64,000 nucleotides of DNA, from NCBI RefSeq assembly GCF_032191835.1, contig NC_083240.1:25358001-25422000 (forward strand). The letters are read 5' to 3'. The stretch is from Heteronotia binoei (taxonomy: Eukaryota). Made by a program: the position numbers and the translations under genes. Positions 30,201 to 42,200 of the stretch are shown in pieces. Positions within the stretch are counted from its first letter, which is position 1, and each line of letters starts with the position of its first letter. The notes under the pieces are model-generated. The model saw only the letters and a list, made by a program, of their open reading frames with translations. It did no database searches and had not been told where the DNA came from.

Positions 30201-33200
30201 GGCAGCATTGGTCAGACTCCAACTCTACCACCCTCAATGGCAGCATAAATCCACTGTCCCGGCAGCGCCTTCTCCCCATGACACCATCTTGGTACACCTT
30301 CCTACCTCTTTCTCGCTGTAGGAAATGTTCCGAATGCTGCTCCATTTGAAAGACTTGTTGGGAGAGAACCGATTGTTGATGCTGTACACGTGGATCCCTT
30401 TGGCATCAACACCGAGGAGGAAATCCATGTGGTTCTTCTTCTGCTGCAAAGGACAGTAGTAGATACAAGACCAGAGTGAAAACCTATGACACACCTGGGG
30501 TCAATCTCCACAAGGGGCAGCTGAACCAGATAGCCATTACATGGTAGAACAGCTTTTCCCCATCCTATCTCTTGTCTTTCTCATTAAGACTTCTGAATAG
30601 GTTTATCGGTTTTGTATGGCACTTTGCACGTGGTCCACACTGTGTAAATACTAAAAGATTGTGAGTGAGGTAGGTTTTTGAACATGACAGGTGCACGACA
30701 TGAAAAGAGAAAAGCTATCTGTACTTACAACAATGGGAAAATAATTAACCCCGTACATTGCCAAGTCCTGTGCGATTTTTAAATAGTTCATCTCAGCTTC
30801 ATACCTGGAGGAAGGGGATAGAAACTGTGTTTGGAAATACAAGTTCCAATCCAGAAAATTTAAGAACTGTACTTCTTTTGGGTAGCTGGAAGCAGCTGTG
30901 TTCCATTTTTATAGCCCCACCATTCTCAAGCTTTTACATTTTTAAAAAACCACTCTGTTCCCAGGTTCCCATCTGTCTGTCATACTGCAAGGTGACTGAG
31001 AAATGGAATCCAGGTAAGGCTATACAAATAGGAGGCAGGCATGATCCTCTAGGAGACCATTAAGTAGGTACAGGATGTCCTTTTCCCAGGAATTAGCTGC
31101 CCAGTGGGACCACACCCACCACCCACTATACGATCCTAGCAAAAGGTGTGCCGGTACCTGGCTATACCCCTGTGTCCTGCATACCAGGCAGCTATCCTGT
31201 CTTCCCACATGTCAGGTGTCATTTGATACTGACGGAGGACCTATACAAAGAAAAGAGAGTGCTTTCAGTCAAATCTCAAGGCTGCTTCTCTTGGAGCAGA
31301 GCCCCCTTAGCCCCACCCCACACCCACATATCTTGGAAAAGCACTACACCCCTGAGTCCCAAAGCCAGGAGTCAACATCATGGGAAGGCCTCAGCCTCCA
31401 TGCCCTGTTGTTGGCCATCCAGAGGAACTGGCTGGCCACTGTGTGAGACAGGATGCTGGACTAGATGCACCACTTGTCTCATGCAGCAGGGCTCTCCTTA
31501 CGTTCTTCCAAAGTCTTACCACAGGCTGAAAGATGGCTGATTGTTTTTAAACAAGAACCTCACTTGCTGCAGCAAACCAAAGAGTCACCTGTTCCGACAC
31601 TCCATTTCCAACAAGACCTTCTGAATTTACTCCAAGACTCAGGAAGCAAGAGAATATCAGGAAATGCATCTGCAGGTACCACACTGGGGACCGCTGTCTA
31701 AATTAATAATTCCTGCACAAGATAAACTAGCAAAGCACGCAAAGGGTTAGGCTACAAACTTTCCCCATGATGTGCTTGTACTTTAATTTCCAAGAAGCCC
31801 TGAAGGCACCTCTTGTGTTTGGTTTGCTCCAACTGTGTGTGGCCAACTATAGTCCTACTCTCTATGCTCACCTCCTCTTGTTCTTTGCAAATAGGTGCTT
31901 CTGTTGCCTAATCCTGTCCTGGATCACCCTAGCAATGGCAGGCAAGCATGTTTTGAGGATAACTGAAACTCTCTGTAAATTTACCATGCTGTATTTTTTT
32001 TATTTCCATGCCAATAAAGGTATTTGGTTTTTGGCATGTTTTGAGGAAGGATGGTTCACTGATCTTCTCCTGGAAGAACTGCATAACTACTTTTCCAGGA
32101 ATACTGTTTGAAGGCTTTGATGGACTTGAGGGGTGAATTTAAACAGACTTACACTCTTTGGCAAGAGCTCTTCCTGGGCTAGGAAGCCTGGTTTGTGGAG
32201 TTCGGGGTCATAGTCACCATACTATAATAGAAAGAGAAAGTTTCAGGACTACAGCCCTTTCACAAAACAGATCTTGCATTTGTGGCGTACGTACGCCCTT
32301 GCAAACAGGAAAATAGATACCTCAGCATCCAGAAGAACTGGATGGCAATTCACAGCAATAGATAAAGTGAATGTAGAAAAGAGCAAGAGTCCAGCAGAAC
32401 CTTAAAGACTAAGAAAATTTGTGGAGGGATATGAGGTTTCACGAGTCTGAAGAAGTGAGCAATGACTTGTGGAAGCTTATACCCTGCCACATTTTTTTTA
32501 GTCTTTAAAGGTGCTTCTGAACTCTTGTTCTTTTCTACTGCTACAGACAGACTAACATGGCTACCCATCTAGATTGAAGTGAATTATAGATATTTCTGCA
32601 CAGGTTATCTGCCCCAAGTTCAATGCTTATTGAGAAGGGTTTTTCCCCTCTGCTTCTCTACAGCATGCAGTGCATTCCTGTTAATATGTGGGATTTCCCC
32701 AGTTTTGATCTGATCTTTCTCAAAGCTGCTTTGATCCAAAGTTTTGGGGAAGAATGCAATAATGCCTGGATGGCTGCTGTGTAGGCAGGAAAATCTGAAT
32801 TTTTCATGTACATTACACCCACTTTCCCTGACCCTGTCCCCACAGCAGCCATTTCCTCCCACCGTCACTGTGGGACTCTTTATCTTTAACAAACTGGCAC
32901 TAGAATATTGTTATAGTGCTATATTGTTGTAATGATAGATATTTCAGGTTCTCATCTTCCTAAAAAAACCCAACCCCTCTATCTCCACTCATTGCAAAGA
33001 TATAAAGGAAAAGGCAGATCTTTGCAACAGAAAGAGATAGAGACTTATTTATAAAATGAAAGCTGGGATTCACAGAATCTATTTTTACATTAGTCTGTTG
33101 CTATAACACAGGGGTGCCAGCCCATGCCTGGCAACTGGGGGATGGCCATGTTGACTGTGCCACAATGTCACTTCTTGGGAAACCTGGAAGTAAGGTTGGA

Positions 33201-36200
33201 AAGCTCTAGGAATGGCTAGAAACTTTATGGTAATAGTCTTCAAAGAGGCGTGAGAGAATAATGAACAGGGCTGTGTGTAAGCTGTGATTCCACAGGAGTG
33301 CAAAAAACCTGCAGAGTGTAGCAACTGGCTATAAAATTTGGCTCTCTGAGCATCTCAGTTCATTTTAAAGAATTGCAGAGTTCCTGGTCTTCATGGTTAA
33401 GAAGATATGCTCAAAAGCATATAGTGACTGAACCTGTACATCGGAGGGACATGCCAGGATGTTGTGCTTCTCTGATCCAAATAATGAACTGTATGGATAT
33501 TCTTTTGGCTTATTTTCCATTAGTATGCCTCAGGGATTCTTTTAGGGGGCAGGTTGGAGGTAGACATGTCCACCACACCATCTATTCAAAACAGTTTTAG
33601 GACCACTGGTTGCCAGAAAACAGATTCAAATTTGCAAACGTAGATCTGGCCTCTGGAGTCCACAACCTCTTTTCAGGTCAGAAAGAAGCTAATGGCATGC
33701 CCCTGACTCCTTTTCTTTAGACTACACTGAAACATATCAGGATCCCTTCACTGGGGTGCGCTCTTTTTAAAAGAAAAATCATATTAAAAGACGGGGGGGG
33801 GGGGTGCAGAATCAGGAGCAAACTGCCATGTCTGTGTTCCTGTTGCTTTTCCAGCACTCCGGAGCCATGCTTTTACACATCAATTAACACCCTATAATTA
33901 TGTAGAGCATTTTTTTTTACAACCCAGCAATTTTAAAGCCCCACCTTTGCTTGAACAGCATAAGAAGCCAACAAAATTGTAGCCTCAGGAGAACAGTAGA
34001 TTTCTTCATCCAGTATTTGTTTCTTAACCTAAGGCACAGAGCAGGGAGAAAGAAAGAAAACCGAGGCTTGAAGACAAAGCAATACATGCCCAGACTTTGC
34101 CTTGGCATCTGTCATATAACCGTTTAGGGTTAAAAATGAAAAGGTTCTGCGGTAAACAGGATACTTGAGGTGGATCCCGAAGTAACTCTCTTCCAAGAGG
34201 CATTTCCCATTAGAGCTCTTAAAGTCTGTTCCATGCGCAAGAAAATAAAAATTAAAAAAAGATTAAGAAAAGACTGGCTACTCCCACACAGTAAGAATGC
34301 TGGGCTCCTCTCACAAAATTAAGGATTGGCTTGCTGGACCATTCTCATCCAGTATTCAATTTCCAACAGAGGCTGTTAACCAGATGCCCCTAATGGAAAC
34401 CCATAAGCAGAACATGAATAATAATAAGACTGCTGATTTATACGCCGCCGTTCTCTCTGAATCAGACACTCAGAGCGGCTTACAATCTCCTATATCTTCT
34501 CCCCCCACAACGGACACCCTGTGAGGTGGGTGAGGCTGAGGGAGCTCTCACAGAAGCTGCCCTTTCAAGGACAGCTCTGTAAGAGCTATGGCTGACCCAA
34601 GGCCATTCCAGCAGGTGCAAGTGGAGGAGTGGGGAATCAAACCCGGTTCTCCCACATAAGAGTCCACACACTTAGCCACTGCACCAAACTGGCTCTCTCT
34701 ACAGGCCTCTCTAACTGTTTGGCACTCAGCAGCAGACTGCCCCTGCATGTGGAGGCTCACTAATCCAAAGGCTAATCAAAGAGCAGAAAAAAACACACTG
34801 CAATCCTCAATCAATGGATTTAGAAGGATGAGCCACTGATAGAACCATCCTCCATGAATTTGTTCCACTAGTATTTTAAAGCAATCTATGCAAGTGGCTA
34901 TTAGCATAAGGGTGCATGTGATAGCCAATCACCTACATTAATCAGTTATTATTTATTTCTTTTAAAATGTGTTGTGTGGAGAAACATTCCCTTATCTCTG
35001 TCCTGAACCCACAGCCAATCGATCCTATGGCAAAAAAAACCCCATCTCCATCTGTCCAAACAGTTCACAACTTTATCAACTTCAACCATGTATCATCCCT
35101 AACCAGCATCTTTTTTTTTTAACTGCAGCATCTCAAACGCCTTATAGGCTGCATTCACACATAATAAACAAAAACAGGGTTTGTCGTTACAGCAGAAAGG
35201 CTTGGCAAGCCAAACAGCTCACATTCCCCCCATCCCTTGATCAGGAAAATAAATTGATAGGCCACAATTTGTTTTTGTCTACAAACCAGGATTACAAAGC
35301 AAGATGAAAACATGGTTGGGAACCCTGGTTTCTGAGCGAGAGACCAAATCAGTCCAAAATCTGTTGGACACATTGAAGTATTAGAACCAACATAAAAGTT
35401 GGGGACACGAAAAGCAGAGTGCACAAGCTTAGGGTTGCCAGGTCTGACTCGAGAAATATCTGGGGACCTTGGGGGTGGAGCCAGGAGCAAGGGTATGACA
35501 AGCACATTTGAACTCCAAATGCGTTTTAAATGCCTTCCCTCCACTTGGAAATAATGAAGGACAAGGGCGCCTTCTTTGGGGACCCATAGAATTGGACCCC
35601 CTAGCCCAACCTTTTTTAAACTTGGGGGGGATGTTCTGAGAGGCACCAGATGCTATGCTGAAAATCTGATGCTCCTGCCTCAAAAACAGCCCCTCCGGAG
35701 GCCCAGATACTCACAGATCAATTCTCCATTATACTCTATGGGAACTGGTCTCCATAGGGTATAATGGAGTGCCCAGCAGATATTTCCCTCCCCCCGCCCC
35801 GCTTTCATATAACCCTGAAGTGAGGGGAGGGCCTTCAAACCAGGAGATCTCCTGCCCCCAGCTGGGGATTGGCCACCCTACACAAGCTGAAGGACTTCCA
35901 AACACCTACCATGTGTTGTTACATTAGAATGGGCCCATAACCTTGGGGGTGGGGGGAGGGTCTATGCTTTGTAGAATAGTTCTATTGGATGTGTGTTATG
36001 TCAGGAGAAGACCTGTTGCCTCCTCCTTCTGCATTCATACACACTGGGGCTTTACAAAAAATATTTATGCATAGGATTGCCAATCCCCAGGTGGGGACAA
36101 GGGATCCCCCGGTTTGGAGCCCCCCCCCGGGTCATCAGAAAGCGGGGGGGGGGGGAATGTCTGCTGGGAACTCTATTATTCCCTATGGAGATTTATTCCC

Positions 36201-39200
36201 ATAGAAAATAATGGAGAATTGATCCACAGGTATCTGGGGCTCTGGGGGGGGGCTGTTTTTTAGGGTAGAGGCACCAAATTTTCAGTATAGCATCTAGTGC
36301 CTCTCCCCAAAATACCCCCCAAGTTTCAAAAAGATTGAGCCTCAAAAGAAGGTGCCCCTATCCTTCATTATTTCCTATGGAAGGAAGGAATTGAAAAGGT
36401 GTGCCGTCCCTTTAAATGTGATGGCCGGAACTCCCTTTGGAGTTCAATTATGCTTGTCACAGTCTTGGTCTTGGCTCCACCCCTAATGTCTCCTGGCTCC
36501 ACCCCCAAAGTCTCCAGATATTTCTTGAATTGGACTTGGCAACCCTATTTATGCATGTCCTTTCTGCTCAGATGTTCCCACCTACAAGTTCAAACAATAC
36601 CACCTTGGAGCAGCTGGATTACACATTGGCTTCAACACTGTAGTTCAGCACAATCACAGTATCTGCTCATCTGCACTTTTAAACCTCAAAAGGTTTCAGT
36701 CCTAAGGAAACTCTTGCCGTTCCCCAAATCAACTGGACTTTCTTGCACACAAGATGAATCATTGAACAAATGAACTAGCACAGCCAAGTTCCCAAATGAT
36801 CGTAACATTTTCCCTGCTCTTGACCCTTCGTAATGCAGGCGTGATCTCAGATTCTGACTGCCAGGGAATCCTGCAAGCTCCAGTGTGTTGCTTTGCCCTC
36901 CCCCTCCCTTTCTGTGTTTCTTTTGGAGCTAGAAAAATTCCCCTCTAATTACATACCGCAGTGTCAAAACAAGCTGAGGCAGGCTGAACTCAAGAAGACA
37001 AGCATCCACGAAAAAAAGCCAAAGGAGATGGCCTTTCCTCGCCTCCTCCCCAAGAGTTCAAGAAGAACAACCAGGGAAGAGGAGATTTAAAAAACAAAAA
37101 CCCAAAAGATTCCATGGGGGAAACTAGTTCTAGCCAGCATATCTCTTAAGATGTTAGCAAGTCAAAAGAGCCCATTTGGTGTAGTAGTTAAGGGCACAGA
37201 TGCTTATTTGGGAGAACCAGGCATGATTTCCCACTCCTCCCCATGCAGCTGCTGGAGTGACCTTGAGTCAGTCACAACTCCGACAGAGACTGTTCTGAAA
37301 AGAGCAGTTTCTGTCAGAACTCTCAGCCCCGTCTACCTCACAGGGCGTGAGGTAGGGGAAGGGAAAGGTGATCGTAAGCCACTCTGAGACTCCTTAGGGT
37401 AGGGAAGGGTGGGATATAAATCCAATCTCCTCCTCTTCTTCTTATCTATTTGATCTCTCAACCCAAAGATTGGGCTGGTTAGCTAATTAGAGGCCCCCAT
37501 AGTCTGAATCGGTATAAGGCAATTACATATAAACATGTACCAACTCGCTGATTCCAGTCTTGGGGCCAATCCACATGATACAAATTCCTCATGGCCACCA
37601 CCAGGACTTTTGCCTCAGACATGCGATGGGGTTCTGTGCCTTCCAAACACATTTATTTATTTTTGTTAATTTGTATTCCACCCTTTTCCACGAGTGGGCT
37701 CAGGGCGGATAACGAAAGTCAAAACAATTAAAAACTACAAGGTAAAACCGAAGGATACAATAAAACAAACAACATATACGTCACAAGCAATGTTCCCTCT
37801 AAGCTGCGGAGTCTTGTGAGCAAAAATTCTACTTTGTGAGCTACTGGCATTAAAGCTGTGAGCTACTGCATACATTATTGTGCTCTGGGGTCATCCTTCC
37901 TGAGCTAAGATAAAAATGTGTGAACTGGATGTCAAGTCTGTCTGTAACTCTGGCTCAGACAAAGAGCATTCTGGGTAGAACCAAAGTATATTCAAATGCT
38001 GCTAGCTCATACTCTCCCTACCCCCCCTTTCCTGTACTGTGTAGCTTTGCTTTGAAATGGAGAGATGTGAAAGTCTTATCTGTGCCTTCTCAGGCCTGGC
38101 TCGGAAGGGAGTCAGGAGCCCACTACGATCAAGGCCAAGCAGGCCTGAGAACAAATTGGTAACATCAATGTGTGAATGTTCCCTGCATAATCCTCCCCCC
38201 CTTAGGAATTCCTTTGAAGTACCCCTTATATGCAATGTATCTACAGTATACTCTTTAGTCTTTCAATACTGGCCTAGCCTCAAGTATCAGTATCAATAAA
38301 ATAGTTTCTTTGTATCAACAACGACTCATTGAATCTGCCGACTTGACACTGGAGGCTAAAAATCTGTGAGCTGGCTCACTCTAATTCAGCTTAGAGGGAA
38401 CAGTGGTCGCAGGTGGCAGTTTCCAGTTGGGCACATTATATATATCAATACTAGGCCCAGAGATAGAATAATAGATTGAGATAAGATTAAAAAAAAGATA
38501 GCATCATGACAGGAAAGAGAGGCCAAGCAGATGGAAATAAGGATGTCCACGGCCTCAACCAAAGGTCCGGTGGAATAACTCCGTCTTGCAGGCCCTACGA
38601 AATGGCATTAATTCAGGTAGGGCCCGGATCTCCACAAGGAGCTGATTCCACCAGGCTGCAGCCATGCAGAGCAGATGTGGTTCTGATCACAACAGCAACA
38701 TGCAGATGGAAATGGCTTCAGCAACCCCCACCTGGCCAGTTTTCACCACCTGAAATAGCCCCAGGGAGCCATTACATTCTGCCTATCTCTCAAGTGGTAA
38801 ACTTACAAGAAACAATAGTGATGTTGTGTAAGTTATCCTACCAGAGCAAACAGCAATTCTCCAAATCTCTTTCAGGATGCAAAGAACAAGGGGTGGGGTG
38901 GGGTGGGGGAGAGAGTGAAGCTGCTTCTAACTGCACACTGCGGCCCTCCAAAATTGGCCCTACACAACAGCCTCATGGCAGGACTTTGTATCCTACGAAC
39001 CGGCCCTCAGCGTAGCATTGCTGACTCTGCATGCTCTTCCCCATCATCATCCTCGCCCATCACGTTCCTGCCAACGGGACAGGGCCTGCCCTGCCCCTCC
39101 ACACTGTGCCAGATTGTCCCACCATTCCCTTAGGTCTTCAGCCCCTTTCCTGGCACATAATCTGCTGCTTGCCCAGGCCTAACAAACCACACTGCCTTGC

Positions 39201-42200
39201 CTCTCCCAATGCCTGTGTCAGGTTTTCACAGCCTCCCACACACCGGCAAACCAGAGCAGAAAAGTAATCAAAAACTTTGCAAAGGCAGTAGTAAGGTGGG
39301 GCTTCCCCAATGCATTCTTCATACCTCAGGTACCACTTCTGCTTGGCACTGCTCCAAGTAGAAGCAGAAGATGAGGCTGAGTTGCCTGAAGCCGAACCGA
39401 AATATGTAAAATCAAGCACACCAGGGGAAGTAACTCAGCAGCAAGAGAACCTGCTTTGCACAAAAGAGGTCCCAGGTATCTCAGGTTAAAAGGAGCTCAG
39501 GCAGCAGGAAAAGATCTATCTCTTGGCTGAGATCTTGGGGAGCAGCTACTGGTTGGAGAAGTCAAGCTATGCAGATCAGTGGTTTGACTCAGTATAGGGC
39601 ATAAGTGCAGTTTTGCATGCAGAAGGTCTGAGGTCCAATTCTTGGCACCTCAGCACACATGAAACTGTCTTAACAGACCAAAATTAGTGGGGAACGCAGA
39701 AATCTTCTGTATCAGACCCACCACACAAGTTGAAGACATGGAAAGCAGAGCTCACAAGCCAAAGAACATCATGAAGCTGCCTTACACCAAATCGGACCCT
39801 GGGTCCATCAAAGGCAGTATTGTCCACTCGGACTGGCAGCTGCTCTCCAAGGTCCCAGGCGAAGATCTTTTGATTCCCCTTTGAACTGGAGATGCCACGG
39901 ATTGAACCTGGGACCTTCTGGATGTCAAGCAGAGGCTCTAGCACTCAGCCACTGCCAGTTTAAGTGATACAGGAGGAGAGCCGCTGCCAGTCTGAACAGA
40001 TAATACCCTGGCCTTGATCAGTCAAGGGTCTGGTTCAGTATAATTTAATTTAATTATTATTATTTATTGATACCCCGCCCTATCCTGCAAGCGGGCTCTG
40101 GGCGGCTTACAACATTAAAAAACCTTACAAAACATCAAACAAACTACATCCAAACTAAATAATCTCATAATTGCAGAATTAACAGAAACCATGATCCACA
40201 GCAATGGCAACAAGTCATAAGCCACACATAGGCTGGTAGTGTTCAGCATAAGATAAGCACCTAGATGGTAAGATGCTGGGGGGAGCGATGATTTCAGGGG
40301 GCACCCGTTGGATCAATTAAAAGCCTGGCAGAAGAGCTCCATCTTACAGGCCCTGCAAAACTTAGAAAAGTCCCGCAGGGCCTGGATCTCCAGTGGGAGA
40401 TCAATCCATCAGGTGGGGGCCTGAACCAAAAAGGCCCTGGCCCTTGTTGAAGCCAGTTGGGCGTCCTTAGGACCGGGATCACAAGAATATGTTGTGCAGC
40501 TGTCCTCAGAACCTGAGGCAGCTCCATGTGTTCAAAAACAATCCTGTTATCCTGGGCACAGCCAGAGGATGAGCTGGGGTTGGGGAAATCTTCAAGGAAT
40601 CCGGGGGCTGAGAATGGAGCCTGGGTGGAATCTAGAACTTCTGGTCAGGCACAGAGAAAGGGAAGAATTCAGAGGATACTGGAGAGAGTCTGGCAAAATC
40701 TGGCCTTCCTGGTTGCTCAACAGAAGAGGGTCTTACCGGTTCGCAGCTCTAGTTCTTGAACACGTTGGCTCCTTCAGGACCATAAAGATAAGCTATTTTT
40801 GGCACCTCTGTCTGCCTCTCTGTGCTTTCACATGGGAACAAGAGCGGCAGCAACTTAGATGCACACAAATGCCACTAGCTTTGGGATCAAACAGGATCTT
40901 TTAAATTTCTGATAATCATTGTAAACATTTCTTCGTGAATTAAAACTTTCACTTTCATTGTTGTGTTCTTAAAAAGTTTATTTTTACATTATGCTATGAC
41001 AAAAGCCCATCTCTTTCTGGGCAGGCATCCCTTTGAAATCAGTAAATTCTGCTCTGCCCTGAGAGCAGCTAAATGATCCAATCACATCTGATGCAGAAGA
41101 GTAGATTTACCAAAAGCAAATGGTATGAAAGAGGCATGCCTAGAACAACGGATCATACAGAGATGCAGCAGGCAGCCTCCTCTGTGGACAAATGCTTTGG
41201 ACTCCCAGGATACATTCAAATTTTTAATTAACTTCTTTTTCATGATCCAACATTTGGGAATGATGAGGAAACAGCGGTAGCATCTAAGACAAAGTATGAA
41301 TGTTTTCTGGGGAAGAAGGGTTTGCACAACAGCATGTGTTCAACTAACATCAGCCAAAAAGAAGGACTGAAAGAAAATTCATCTAAAACTTCAAAACCAA
41401 CTTTAAGGAAAAGAAATACCTTCTGACCTGCAGGAAGAATAAGTGTTGGGTGATCTCCTGCAGCAGCTCCTCTTCAACTTTCTCTGGGTAAAATTTAGCC
41501 AGAAAGCGAAAACAAACCGGATCTTCTTTGGGGATTTCCTGATCTAAAACCTTGAGGTGAAAAAGGGAATAGGATTAGCCAAGCTTCTGCTGAGAGCAGG
41601 TGGGGCTGTGAATGTTTGTAGAGTAGCTGCTCTTTCTAATGTTGTCTCAGACACCAGCTCCGCGGGTGGCTTTAGCCTGTTTGCTTGCTTTTTCAGACCC
41701 GCATCCCATTTGCAATATGGGTTTAAAAACACTCTCTTCTTTCCCACTGTTTCAAGGAGTGAGAAAAACAAAAAGGCTTGATGAGAGCCACCCGGTGAGA
41801 TGAAATGGGGAGAGATTTTTCACACAGGTTGCCTAAGCACTTTGAAATCCCTCTCTCTGGCAGCTGGAGGGCATGCACAGAAGGCAGCAGTACAATTTTA
41901 ATTGCCCCAGGATCACATATTTAAATAAGTTCAAGGTGACAAAGAACTTGTGATTGTGTTTCAGATTTTCTGTTGCTTCATCTGGGATCAGATGTGTTCC
42001 AGCATTTACAGTTCTTCCCCCAAACCTGGACGTCTTTCCACACACCCCATTTCTACTATAGAATTTTTTTCTCTCGGTTTCATGGATATTGATTCTCTTC
42101 ACCACTCTCTCAACACAATATTTCTGAGACTTTGTCCTTTTTTCACTGGGAGAGGTTGGTTAACAAAATGTTTCATGCAGGGTAGGGGTTAGAACACATG

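Noticed and set aside
31872-31928. Exon-like 57-nt segment in NF2-like intron 5
   Set aside because: The true exon 6 is at 31158-31240. This segment has a poor pyrimidine tract and no merlin similarity.
41833-42105. 90-aa intronic ORF in NF2-like intron 2
   Set aside because: Non-ATG start, no homology recognised and no flanking splice signals.
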